A stretch of 64,000 nt of DNA from Rhodospirillaceae bacterium (lineage in GTDB: Bacteria; Pseudomonadota; Alphaproteobacteria; Rhodospirillales; Casp-alpha2). The stretch covers positions 290 through 64,289 of the forward strand of contig NZRL01000014.1 in assembly GCA_002696205.1 (NCBI GenBank), given 5' to 3'. Below, piece by piece: positions 25,988 through 36,759 of this stretch (positions are counted from its first letter, which is position 1; each line of letters opens with the position of its first letter). Position numbers and translations under genes: made by a program. The notes below the pieces were generated by a model. That model saw only the letters and a program-made list of their open reading frames with translations. It searched no databases and had not been told where the DNA came from.

Positions 25988-27730
25988 ATGGAACAGGACA
26001 ATCCCGCCGACCGCCCGGACAGCCCCGGCGAGTTCACCGCCCGCGCCGTCGTCACCGGCATGCTGCTGGGGGCGGCGCTGACGCCGTGCAACGTCTATTC
26101 CGGGCTGAAGATCGGCTGGTCGTTCAACATGTCCATCGCCGCCGGGCTGTTGGCGGTCGGCGCCTGGCGATTGGCGGAGAAGGGTCTGGGGGCGCGGCCC
26201 TTCGGCATGCGGGAGAACAACATCAACCAGACGGCGGCGTCCTCCGCCGCGTCGATCATTTCCGCCGGGCTGGTCGCCCCGATCCCGGCCCTGACGCTGT
26301 TGACCGGCACGGAACTGGCCTGGCCCGCGTTGGCGGTCTGGGTCTTCGCCGTCTCGATCCTGGGCGTCGTCGTCGCCGCCGGCCTGCGCCGCCAGATGAT
26401 CGAACACGAGAACCTCGCCTTCCCGGCCGGTTTGGCGACGGCGGAAACGCTGAAACGCATTCACGGCAGGGGCCGGGAACAGGGGGCGCGCCTGCGGGCG
26501 TTGCTCGCCGCCACCGGGGTCTCCGGCGGGCTCAAGCTGGTTCTGGATTTGGCGGTCTCCGTGCCGCGCCTGGCGCTGCCGGGATCCCTGCCGGGGGCAT
26601 TGCCGAGCCTCAAGAACCTGGGGGTCGCGCTGGACCCGTCGCTGCTGATGATCGGCTTCGGGGCGCTGATCGGGCTGCGCGCCGGGCTGTCGCTGTTGCT
26701 GGGCGCATTCCTTGCCTGGGGCGTCCTGGGCCCCTGGGCGGTGGCCCGGGGTTGGGCCGAAGCCGGAGCCGCCGACGGCGTCTGGTTTTCCGAACTCGTG
26801 ACCTGGCTGCTCTGGCCGGGGGTGACGCTGACCGTCGTCGCGGCCCTGACGTCTTTCGTACTGTCGGTCTTGAAGGTCAGGCGCGGGCTCGCCGCCGAAG
26901 CCAGGATGGGAGGCGGGCTCCGGGGCGGGTATGCCCTGGCGCTGGCCACCGTGACGGCGCTGATCTGCGTCGTCGCCGGGTCGCTGTTCGGCCTGCCGGT
27001 CTGGGTCTCGGTCCTGGCCGTCGCCTTGTCCTACGTCCTGGCGGTGATCGCCGCCCGGGTCTCCGGCGAGACCGGGGTGACGCCGGTGGGGGCGCTGGGC
27101 AAGGTGACGCAGCTGACCTACGGCGTCGTCACGCCGGGCGACATGGCGGCCAACCTGATGACCGCCAACATCACCGGCGGGGCCGCCGGTCAATGCGCCG
27201 ACATGATGCACGATCTGAAGACCGGCTGGATCATCGGCGCCAAACCGCAATTGCAGATCTACGCCCAGGCGTTGGGGGTGCTGACCGGGGCGCTCGCCGG
27301 GACGGCGGTCTATCTGGTCCTGGTGCCGGACCCGGCGGGCATGCTGATGACGCCGGAATGGCCGGCGCCTGCGGTCGCGACCTGGAAAGCGGTGGCGGAG
27401 GTTTTGTCCGCCGGGCTGGGCGCCATACCCGACGGCGCCGGGGCGGCCATGGCCGTGGCGGCGGTGTTGGGATTGTTCCTGGGGGCCGCCGACCGGATGC
27501 TGCCGGAGCACCTCGCCCGGCGGCTGCCCAGCGCGCCGGCGGCGGGCGTCGCCTTCGTCATTCCGGCCTGGAATTCGCTGTCGCTCTGCCTGGGTGCGGT
27601 GATCGCCGCAGCGGCGGCGCGGTGCTGGCCGGAATTGACCGAACGCTACGGCACGGCGGTCGCCGCCGGGCTGGTCGCGGGCGAAAGCCTGATCGGCGTG
27701 GCGCTCGCCTTCCGCACCATGGCGGGATAG
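25988..27730 (+). CDS. OPT family oligopeptide transporter
   Basis: NVYSGLKIGW, ENNINQT, DMMHDLKTG, PAPA..W and GLVAGES. Confidence 0.88.
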   Translation: MEQDNPADRPDSPGEFTARAVVTGMLLGAALTPCNVYSGLKIGWSFNMSIAAGLLAVGAWRLAEKGLGARPFGMRENNINQTAASSAASIISAGLVAPIPALTLLTGTELAWPALAVWVFAVSILGVVVAAGLRRQMIEHENLAFPAGLATAETLKRIHGRGREQGARLRALLAATGVSGGLKLVLDLAVSVPRLALPGSLPGALPSLKNLGVALDPSLLMIGFGALIGLRAGLSLLLGAFLAWGVLGPWAVARGWAEAGAADGVWFSELVTWLLWPGVTLTVVAALTSFVLSVLKVRRGLAAEARMGGGLRGGYALALATVTALICVVAGSLFGLPVWVSVLAVALSYVLAVIAARVSGETGVTPVGALGKVTQLTYGVVTPGDMAANLMTANITGGAAGQCADMMHDLKTGWIIGAKPQLQIYAQALGVLTGALAGTAVYLVLVPDPAGMLMTPEWPAPAVATWKAVAEVLSAGLGAIPDGAGAAMAVAAVLGLFLGAADRMLPEHLARRLPSAPAAGVAFVIPAWNSLSLCLGAVIAAAAARCWPELTERYGTAVAAGLVAGESLIGVALAFRTMAG

Positions 27731-27743
27731 ACGCGCGGAATCC

Positions 27744-28004
27744 TCAGTGAAGAAGCAATTGGCCGCCGACCAGGCGGAATTCCGCGGGCTTGACCAATTG
27801 CGCCGAAGCGACCCGCACGGAATGCAGCGGGCCTTCGATGTTGCGTTCCCAGAAATCGAGGAATTTGCGGAGTTGCGGGAAATCCGGCGCGATGTCCAGT
27901 TCCTGCCAGATGAAATCCTGCAGCAGGTGCAGATGGTCCGGCCGGCGATAGGTGATCTCGGCCGTGGTCAGGCGGTAGCCCGCCAGTTGCTCTTCCAATG
28001 ACAT
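27744..28004 (-). CDS. usg: Usg family protein
   Basis: GYRLTTAEITYRRPD..LLQ.FIWQ.LD.AP.FP.L..FL.FW..IEGPLHSVRV signature. Confidence 0.88.
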   Translation of the reverse strand: MSLEEQLAGYRLTTAEITYRRPDHLHLLQDFIWQELDIAPDFPQLRKFLDFWERNIEGPLHSVRVASAQLVKPAEFRLVGGQLLLH

Positions 28005-28128
28005 GTCGAAACCCTCCGTGTCGGTTGCGTGGTTTGCATGTCCTCCCGGGGCGACGCTTCTTTGGCGCAACGGAATTGTCACCCGGGATTCTCCGGTCGG
28101 TCAAGAATGTTTCAACAAAAACAGAGGA

Positions 28129-28155
28129 TTAGCAGCCTCCAGGGGAGAGTGCTGC
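28129..28155. promoter_or_regulatory. CIRCE-like element (HrcA operator) upstream of usg
   Basis: TTAGCAGCC-N9-GAGTGCTGC compared with the consensus TTAGCACTC-N9-GAGTGCTAA. Confidence 0.7.
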
Positions 28156-28253
28156 CAATTCTCCCCGCCCCCCCCTGGCCATCTCCGTATGGCGCCGGGC
28201 GCCGGGGACCGCTATGAATCGCGAAACATCTTCTTCAGCACGGGACGACCATC

Positions 28254-29147
28254 ATGGACAGCAACACCGGAGACGCCCAAGGCGGCGAAAAGGTCTGGCT
28301 CGACTACGACCAGGCGGAACTCGACCTGCAGTACGAGCAGCGCTCGCTGGTCCCCGACGGCGACCGCTACGTCGCCGAGAACGAAGCCGCCAGCGCCCAG
28401 GCGCGGGCCGACCTGGATTGCCGCATCGACGTCGCCTACGGCGACGGGCCGGACGAAGTTCTCGACATTTTCCCGGCGACGGCGCCCGGCGCGCCGGTCC
28501 TGGTGTTCTTCCACGGCGGTGCCTGGGTCCGGGGGAAGAAAACCAACGAAAGCTTCATCGCCGCGCCACTGGTCGCCGCCGGGGCCGCCGTGGTGATGGT
28601 CGAATTCACGCTCTGCCCCGCGGGCACGCTCGACAACATGGTCGACCAATGCCGCCGGGCCGTCGCCTGGATCCATGCCAATGCAGGCTCGTTCAACGGC
28701 GACGCCGGGCGGATCGTGATCGCCGGGCATTCCTCGGGCTCGCACCTGGGCGGCATGCTGGCGGTCACCGATTGGGCCGATCACGGCCTGCCGTCGGACG
28801 TGATCAAGGGCGCTGTCCTGACCAGCGGGATTTACGAGCTGACCCCGGCGCGGCTCAGCCACCGCAATACCTATCTGTTCCTGGACGAAGAAGGCGTGAC
28901 GCGCCTGAGCCCGATGCGCCATCTGCGACCCGACCTGCCGCCCTTTGCGATTCTTTACGGCGGCGGTGAGTTGCCCGAGTTCCGCCGCCAAAGCCGGGCC
29001 TTCGCCCAGTCCCTGGCCGACGCGGGCGTGCGGGTCACCGAAGCCGACATTCCCGACCTCAACCACTTCGAGATGAGCCGCCGCCTCGCCGACACGGACG
29101 GCCCGGCCTACAAGGCCGCCGTGGAGATGCTGGGACTGGACGGTTAG
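28254..29147 (+). CDS. alpha/beta hydrolase (arylformamidase/esterase-like)
   Basis: FHGGAW oxyanion loop, GHSSG nucleophile elbow, E and NHF catalytic residues. Confidence 0.85.
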   Translation: MDSNTGDAQGGEKVWLDYDQAELDLQYEQRSLVPDGDRYVAENEAASAQARADLDCRIDVAYGDGPDEVLDIFPATAPGAPVLVFFHGGAWVRGKKTNESFIAAPLVAAGAAVVMVEFTLCPAGTLDNMVDQCRRAVAWIHANAGSFNGDAGRIVIAGHSSGSHLGGMLAVTDWADHGLPSDVIKGAVLTSGIYELTPARLSHRNTYLFLDEEGVTRLSPMRHLRPDLPPFAILYGGGELPEFRRQSRAFAQSLADAGVRVTEADIPDLNHFEMSRRLADTDGPAYKAAVEMLGLDG

Positions 29148-29156
29148 TCCCTGGGC

Positions 29157-30155
29157 CTAACCGGGGCGACGCGACTGCGGCGTGTCCCAGACCTCCGGAT
29201 TGACCGGATAAGGCGGCATCTCGCCCTTGAGCGCCGTGGTGATCTGCTGGGCCGCCGACAGGGCCAGCGCCTTCGAGGCTTCCTTGGTCACCCCCGCCGT
29301 ATGGGGCGTGAAGACGACCTTGGGATTCTTGAGAAGCGGATGATCCTCGGGCAGCGGCTCGGGAAACACCACGTCCAGGCCGGCGCCCCGGATATGGCCG
29401 CTTTCAAGTGCCGCCTGCAGGGCGTCGAGATCGATCAGGCGCCCGCGCGCCGCGTTGACCACGACCGCCCCTTGGGGCAGGGCCGCCAGTTCCTCTGCGC
29501 CGATGATCTCGCGCGTTTCCTCGGTCAATTCCGCCGCCATGGCGAGGCAGTCGCACTGCCCGAGCATGTCCTTGAGATCGGCGCAGAGCTCGACCTCCGA
29601 GGCATGAACCAGGCGCGGATCGACATAAGGGTCATAGGCCAGAACGCGGCAGTTGAACGCGAGGCGGAGTTTCTTGGCCAATTCCGAGCCGATATAGCCC
29701 AGGCCGACGATGCCGACCGTGCGGCCCTCCAGTTCGAAGACCTCCAACCCCTGGCGTTCGGACCAGGCCGTGCCGTCGCGCGCGCCACGGTCGCCCCAGG
29801 TCAATTGCTTCAGACAGGCGAGCAACAGCATCACCGTGTGTTCGGCGACCGGCGTCCGCCCGAAGCCCAGGTGATTGACGACCAGGATGCCGCGTTCCGT
29901 CGCCGCCGGAATGTCGATGTTGTCGGTCCCGAAGCCCGAGGTCGAGATGACGACCAGGCCCGGCCCGGCGTCCATGACCTCGGCGGTCACCCGTTCCGGC
30001 GTGCGCACCCAAAGGGCGTTGGCATTGCCGAGGGCGGCCTTGACCTGATCGGCGTCGGGGCTATCGACGACCGCGGGCTCGATCCCGTTTTCGGTCAGAA
30101 GGGCATGGCCCTCCGGATCGTACATGGGACGCCAGAGTACGGCTTTGGTAGACAT
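29157..30155 (-). CDS. D-2-hydroxyacid dehydrogenase family protein
   Basis: GIVGLGYIG, YDPY, NAARG, GLDV..EP and TPHTAG. Confidence 0.9.
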   Translation of the reverse strand: MSTKAVLWRPMYDPEGHALLTENGIEPAVVDSPDADQVKAALGNANALWVRTPERVTAEVMDAGPGLVVISTSGFGTDNIDIPAATERGILVVNHLGFGRTPVAEHTVMLLLACLKQLTWGDRGARDGTAWSERQGLEVFELEGRTVGIVGLGYIGSELAKKLRLAFNCRVLAYDPYVDPRLVHASEVELCADLKDMLGQCDCLAMAAELTEETREIIGAEELAALPQGAVVVNAARGRLIDLDALQAALESGHIRGAGLDVVFPEPLPEDHPLLKNPKVVFTPHTAGVTKEASKALALSAAQQITTALKGEMPPYPVNPEVWDTPQSRRPG

Positions 30156-30260
30156 GATGATGCGATCCTCCCAAGGATTGTTTGTTTCTTGTCTTCCCCC
30201 CCGGCCCCATTAAGAAGGCGCGGTGGCGAATTTCCAAGTGAAATCAACGCCTCGGCCTTA

Positions 30261-30334
30261 TTGTGCACTGCACAAAAAATCTCTTGACGATAGCCGGGCA
30301 TCAAAGGCATATTAGCAATGTTGCATCGCAACAT
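30261..30334. promoter_or_regulatory. two PhaR/AniA-type palindromes upstream of the phasin gene
   Basis: TTGTGCA-C-TGCACAA (30261-30275) and ATGTTGC-ATC-GCAACAT (30318-30334), both with TGC-N3-GCA cores. Confidence 0.7.
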
Positions 30335-30407
30335 GGATGGGCGGTGCCGATCCCGGGCCGCCCGGAACAGCCCTTTTCGCCATATTGGGAAACAGGAGAT
30401 TTAGACA

Positions 30408-30908
30408 ATGGCTACCACCAAGAAAACCAACCCCATCGACCCCTTCGCCCCCGTTCGGGACACCATTCTCGAAGCGGTGAACACCGCCAAGGCGCAGCAG
30501 GAAAAGCTCGCCGGCGCCGCCCAGGTCGAGGCCGATAAGGCCCGCGCCGCGGCCACCGAAGGGTTCGACCAGGCCATCGAGGCCTACCGCGAGAATTTCG
30601 AAGCCGCCGTCGGCGCCACCAAGGCCGCCGCGGAGAACCTTTCCAAGATCGAAGAAATGACCCGCGCCCAGGCGTCCGAACTCGCCGAGGACCGCGTTGC
30701 CGTCATTCTGAAGGCGATGTCGATCACCGATCCGTCCGAGCTGATGAAGCTGCAGGCCGATCTGATCGCCGCCGAGCAGAAAAAGGCCCAGGCCATGGTC
30801 AAGGAGGCGACCACCCTCTACCAGGGCGTCGCCAAGGACCTATTCGCGCCGATCCAGGCGCAGATGACCAAGGCTTTCGAAACGGCCTCCAAGTTCAAAG
30901 CCGTCTAA
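30408..30908 (+). CDS. phasin (PHA granule-associated protein)
   Basis: Ala/Glu/Lys-rich amphipathic sequence ending ...P.ELMKLQ...FAPIQ, AGGAG RBS and PhaR-like boxes upstream. Confidence 0.75.
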   Translation: MATTKKTNPIDPFAPVRDTILEAVNTAKAQQEKLAGAAQVEADKARAAATEGFDQAIEAYRENFEAAVGATKAAAENLSKIEEMTRAQASELAEDRVAVILKAMSITDPSELMKLQADLIAAEQKKAQAMVKEATTLYQGVAKDLFAPIQAQMTKAFETASKFKAV

Positions 30909-30942
30909 CGCCTTAGATCACTCAAATCCACTTGCTGAAATT

Positions 30943-30972
30943 GGCCCCGCGGCGACGCGGGGCCTTTTTTTT
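30943..30972 (+). terminator. rho-independent terminator
   Basis: GGCCCCGCG-GCGA-CGCGGGGCC followed by a T8 tract. Confidence 0.88.
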
Positions 30973-31150
30973 GCGCTTACCGGGACCTGCCCCCATGCGC
31001 GGCCCGCGACGCGCTCCCGGTTTCCGTCATTTCCTTGAACCTATATGCCATTCTGGTAATTTTGCCGTCGGCACGGCTTTCCCGCGCCACGTCCGGAATG
31101 GGGCCGGATGACGACAGGGCGTACCGCCGCCCTCGACAGGGGTAGACGAG

Positions 31151-31164
31151 TTGACTTAGGTCAA
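31151..31164. promoter_or_regulatory. FNR/FixK box upstream of ccoN
   Basis: TTGAC-TTAG-GTCAA palindrome about 105 bp upstream of ccoN. Confidence 0.8.
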
Positions 31165-31268
31165 TATCGAAACCGCGGTTTTTCTGTAGGTAAGGGGAGG
31201 AAACGTGACGACGCCGCCGGAAGGTTCCGGACGGCGAGCAGGCAATGTGCAATCGATAGAGGCATCTC

Positions 31269-32894
<1,626 letters not shown>

Positions 32895-32917
32895 CGGCAC
32901 GGCGGAAGGAGACAGAA

Positions 32918-33643
32918 ATGTTCGATCACGGAAAACTCGAAAAGAACTCGATCCTGATGCTGGTCGGCATCCTGATCGTCGTCTCGATCGGCGGGCTGGT
33001 GGAAATCGCACCCCTGTTCTACCTGGAAAGCACCATCGAAAAGGTCAAGGGCATGCGCCCCTACACCCCGCTGGAGCTGGCCGGGCGGAACATCTACATC
33101 CGCGAGGGCTGCTACAACTGCCACAGTCAGATGGTGCGCCCGTTCCGCGACGAAGTGGAACGCTATGGCCACTACTCGCTCGCGGCGGAAAGCATGTACG
33201 ACCACCCGTTCCAGTGGGGCTCCAAGCGCACGGGACCCGATCTGGCGCGGGTCGGCGGCAAGTATTCCGACGAATGGCATTCGACCCACCTGATCGATCC
33301 GCGCTCGCTGGTGCCGGAATCGGTGATGCCGGGCTATCCGTTCCTGGCGAAAACGCCGCTCAAGTACACGGACATCGCCAAGCACCTGGAAACCAACCGC
33401 ATGGTCGGCGTGCCCTATGACGACGCGATGATCGAAGCGGCCAAGGCCGACCTGGAAGCCCAGGTCAATCCGGACGCCGACGGGGTCGAAGCCATGCAGG
33501 AACGCTATCCCGGCGCCCAGGCCCGAAATTTCGACGGCCAGCCGGGCAAGCCGACCGAAATGGACGCCCTGATTTCCTATCTCCAGGTTCTCGGCACGAT
33601 GGTCGATTTCTCGTCCTACAAAGCCGAAGAAAACTATCGCTAG
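32918..33643 (+). CDS. ccoO: cbb3-type cytochrome c oxidase subunit II
   Basis: [16 protein letters not shown] and [14 protein letters not shown]. Confidence 0.97.
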   Translation: MFDHGKLEKNSILMLVGILIVVSIGGLVEIAPLFYLESTIEKVKGMRPYTPLELAGRNIYIREGCYNCHSQMVRPFRDEVERYGHYSLAAESMYDHPFQWGSKRTGPDLARVGGKYSDEWHSTHLIDPRSLVPESVMPGYPFLAKTPLKYTDIAKHLETNRMVGVPYDDAMIEAAKADLEAQVNPDADGVEAMQERYPGAQARNFDGQPGKPTEMDALISYLQVLGTMVDFSSYKAEENYR

Positions 33644-33652
33644 GAGGGCGGG

Positions 33653-33814
33653 ATGTTCGACAACGTCACCTTTGAAGAGGCCGCCATGTTCGCCGAAACA
33701 TGGGGTCTGGTTTACCTGGCGGTCATGTTCGCCGCCGTCCTGATCTATGCCTTGCGTCCGTCCGCCAAGAAGAAATTCCAGGACGCCGCGCAAATCCCGT
33801 TCAAGGAGGACTGA
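33653..33814 (+). CDS. ccoQ: cbb3-type cytochrome c oxidase subunit IV (53 aa, missing from the ORF track)
   Basis: Manual translation MFDNVTFEEAAMFAETWGLVYLAVMFAAVLIYALRPSAKKKFQDAAQIPFKED*, AGGAGG RBS, located between ccoO and ccoP. Confidence 0.92.
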   Translation: MFDNVTFEEAAMFAETWGLVYLAVMFAAVLIYALRPSAKKKFQDAAQIPFKED

Positions 33815-33817
33815 GCC

Positions 33818-34687
33818 ATGTCTGAACGCCATACCGACGACTTCACCGGCGTCGAGACGACCGGTCACGAATGGGACGGCATCCGCGAGTTGGACAATCC
33901 CCTGCCGCGCTGGTGGCAATGGATTTTCTGGGCCTGCGTCGTCTGGTCGATCGGATACTGGATCGTCTATCCGGCCTGGCCGCTGGTTTCCGGCTACACC
34001 AAGGGCATGTTCGGCTATTCGTCCCGCGGCGAAGTCGCCAAGGAAATCGCCAAGGCCGAAACCGGCATGGAAGGCCAGTTGGAACAGATCCGTCAGGCCT
34101 CGCTGGAGCAGATCCGCACCAACGCCAACCTGCGTGAATTCGCCCTGGCCGGGGGCCGGTCGGCCTTCGCCGTCAACTGCTCGCAGTGCCACGGTTCGGG
34201 CGCCCAGGGCTTCAAGGGCTATCCCAACCTGAACGACGACGAATGGATCTGGGGCGGCACCATCGACGCCATCGCCTACACCATCACCCACGGCATCCGG
34301 AACACGGAAGACGAAGACGCCCGTCAGTCGGACATGCCCGCCTTCGGCCGGGACGGCATCCTGGAAAAGGCCCAGATCAACGATGTCGCCGAATACGTTC
34401 TGTCGATGTCCGGTCAGTCGAGCGATGCCTCGGCCGCCGCGCGCGGCAAGCCCCTGTTCACCGACAACTGTGCCGCCTGCCACGGCGAGAACGGCGGCGG
34501 CAGCCACGAGTTCGGCGCCCCCGCGCTGAACAACGACCTTTGGCTGTACGGCGGCGACAAGGCGACCATCGTCGAAACCATCTCCAAAAGCCGCCGCGGC
34601 GTGATGCCGGCCTGGGGCAAGCACCTGGACGATGCCACGGTCAAGCAACTCGCCATCTACGTCCACTCGCTGGGCGGCGGTAAGTAA
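33818..34687 (+). CDS. ccoP: cbb3-type cytochrome c oxidase subunit III
   Basis: TTGHEWDGIRELDNPLPRWW and two heme motifs (CSQCH, CAACH). Confidence 0.97.
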   Translation: MSERHTDDFTGVETTGHEWDGIRELDNPLPRWWQWIFWACVVWSIGYWIVYPAWPLVSGYTKGMFGYSSRGEVAKEIAKAETGMEGQLEQIRQASLEQIRTNANLREFALAGGRSAFAVNCSQCHGSGAQGFKGYPNLNDDEWIWGGTIDAIAYTITHGIRNTEDEDARQSDMPAFGRDGILEKAQINDVAEYVLSMSGQSSDASAAARGKPLFTDNCAACHGENGGGSHEFGAPALNNDLWLYGGDKATIVETISKSRRGVMPAWGKHLDDATVKQLAIYVHSLGGGK

Positions 34688-34750
34688 CCCGATCAAGGAG
34701 GGACCATCCCGGCCCGCATGGGGGAGGCCGGTTCTTGGGGTAGGAATACG

Positions 34751-36253
34751 ATGCAGAACATGGGCAGCATGTTGGACACGGCCGTCGACGCCCCCGAAGT
34801 CCGGGAATACGACGTCGACGCCGTCAACCGCAAGGAAACCCGTCCGCCGCTTTATGCGCCGCGCAAGAAGATCCATCCGCGGCGCACCCACGGCTTCTTC
34901 CGGTCGTTCAAATGGTGGGTGATGGCGCTGACCCTCGGCGTCTACTACATCACGCCCTGGCTGCGTTGGGACCGGGGACCGGGCGCGCCGGATCAGGCGG
35001 TTCTGGTCGATATCCCGGGCCGGCGCTTCTACTTCTTCTTCATCGAAATCTGGCCCCAGGAATTCTATTACATCGCGGGCCTTCTGATCATGGCCGGGTT
35101 GGGCCTGTTCCTGGTCACCTCGGTCGTCGGCCGCGCCTGGTGCGGCTATACCTGCCCGCAGACGGTCTGGACCGACCTGTTCATCTGGGTCGAACGCCTG
35201 GTCGAAGGCGACCGCGCCGCCCGCATCCGCCTGGACAAGGCCCCGGCTTCGGCAAGCAAGGCCGCCAAGCGGCTGACCAAATACGTGATCTGGTTGCTGA
35301 TCGCCATGGGCACGGGCGGCGCCTGGGTGTTCTATTTCGCCGACGCGCCGACCCTGTTCACCGACCTGTTCACGGGCCAGGCCGATACGGTCGCCTATGC
35401 CACGGTCGGCGTGCTGACCTTCACCACCTTCTCGCTGGGCGGCCTCATGCGCGAACAGGTCTGCACCTATATGTGCCCCTGGCCGCGCATTCAGGCGGCG
35501 ATGATGGACGAGGAAAGCCTGACCGTCACCTATCGGACGGACCGGGGCGAGCCGCGCAAACCGTTCGAAAAGAACGCCGACTGGGATCAGCGCGGCGACT
35601 GCATCGACTGCAAGGCTTGCGTGGTCGTCTGCCCCATGGGCATCGACATCCGCGACGGCCAGCAGCTGGAATGCATCACCTGCGCGCTCTGCATCGATGC
35701 CTGCGACGACGTCATGAGCAAGATCGGCCGTCCGCGCGGCCTGATCGACTACGATTCCATCGCCAACGACGAACGGCGGCGGGCCGGCGAGGAAACCAAA
35801 CTGCGCCTGTTCCGGCCGCGCACGCTGTTCTATTTCGGGCTCTGGGGCCTGATCGGGCTGGGCATGCTTTATGTCCTGCTGACCCGCGCCGATCTGGACA
35901 TCAACGTGATCCATGACCGGAACCCGCTGTACACGACGCTTTCGGACGGCTCGCTCCGCAACGGCTATACCTTCAAGATTCTCAACAAGGCGCGCGAACA
36001 GCGCACCCTGATGCTGCATGCCTCGGGGCTGCACGGGATCAAACTCAAGGTCGTCGGATCGGAAGACATGGGCGACAGCCCCGATCCCTACTTCACGGTG
36101 AAGCCGGACCGCCTTCAGTCCTTCCGCCTGCTGGTCACCGTGCCGCCGGGCACCTTGAAGGACGACGCCGCCGACCTGCGCTTCGTGCTGAAGGAAATCA
36201 ACACCGGCCAGACCGCGTCCTACAACAGCCTGTTCCGGGGCCCCGGCCAATGA
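34751..36253 (+). CDS. ccoG: cbb3 oxidase accessory ferredoxin-like membrane protein
   Basis: GRAWCGYTCPQT, CTYMCPW, CIDCKACVVVCP and CITCALCIDAC. Confidence 0.95.
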   Translation: MQNMGSMLDTAVDAPEVREYDVDAVNRKETRPPLYAPRKKIHPRRTHGFFRSFKWWVMALTLGVYYITPWLRWDRGPGAPDQAVLVDIPGRRFYFFFIEIWPQEFYYIAGLLIMAGLGLFLVTSVVGRAWCGYTCPQTVWTDLFIWVERLVEGDRAARIRLDKAPASASKAAKRLTKYVIWLLIAMGTGGAWVFYFADAPTLFTDLFTGQADTVAYATVGVLTFTTFSLGGLMREQVCTYMCPWPRIQAAMMDEESLTVTYRTDRGEPRKPFEKNADWDQRGDCIDCKACVVVCPMGIDIRDGQQLECITCALCIDACDDVMSKIGRPRGLIDYDSIANDERRRAGEETKLRLFRPRTLFYFGLWGLIGLGMLYVLLTRADLDINVIHDRNPLYTTLSDGSLRNGYTFKILNKAREQRTLMLHASGLHGIKLKVVGSEDMGDSPDPYFTVKPDRLQSFRLLVTVPPGTLKDDAADLRFVLKEINTGQTASYNSLFRGPGQ

Positions 36254-36756
36254 CCGAAGTCGTGCAAAAGGCGCCGCGCCGGATTACCGGCTGGACCGTC
36301 TTCTACGGCATGGTCGCCTTTTTCGGCGTGATCATCGCCGTCAACCTGACCTTCGTCTATTTCGCCCTGGACAGTTGGCCCGGCCTGACGACCCAACACG
36401 CCTACGAAGAAGGCATCGCCTATAACAAGACCCTGGAACAGGCGGCGGCGCAAAACGAAATGGGATGGACCTCGCGGGTCGGCCTGGGTGCGCCCATGCC
36501 CAAGGGCGGGCGGGTGCTCGGCGTAGTCATGCAGGGCCCGGACGGCCCGCTGACCGGCCTTGATATCCACGCCAAGCTGAGCCGCCCGATCGGCGAGGGC
36601 CTGATCGTCGAAACCGGATTGAACGAAGAACAGGCCGGGCGCTACGGCGGGCTGGTCAAACTTCCGGCCCTCGGGCGCTGGGAGGTCGAGATCACGGCCA
36701 AGGACGGCGCCGGCCGCACCTATCGCATGATCCACGAAATTCAGGCAGGGAACTAA
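36250..36756 (+). CDS. ccoH: FixH/CcoH family protein
   Basis: FFGVIIAVN...A..SWPGL...AY..G..YN, in the expected operon position. Confidence 0.9.
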   Translation: MTEVVQKAPRRITGWTVFYGMVAFFGVIIAVNLTFVYFALDSWPGLTTQHAYEEGIAYNKTLEQAAAQNEMGWTSRVGLGAPMPKGGRVLGVVMQGPDGPLTGLDIHAKLSRPIGEGLIVETGLNEEQAGRYGGLVKLPALGRWEVEITAKDGAGRTYRMIHEIQAGN

Positions 36757-36759
36757 TCC

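Noticed and set aside
25145-27511. 788-aa minus-strand ORF
   Set aside because: Only the last 101 codons (25145-25450) look like a real membrane protein. The rest overlaps the REC gene and the OPT transporter.
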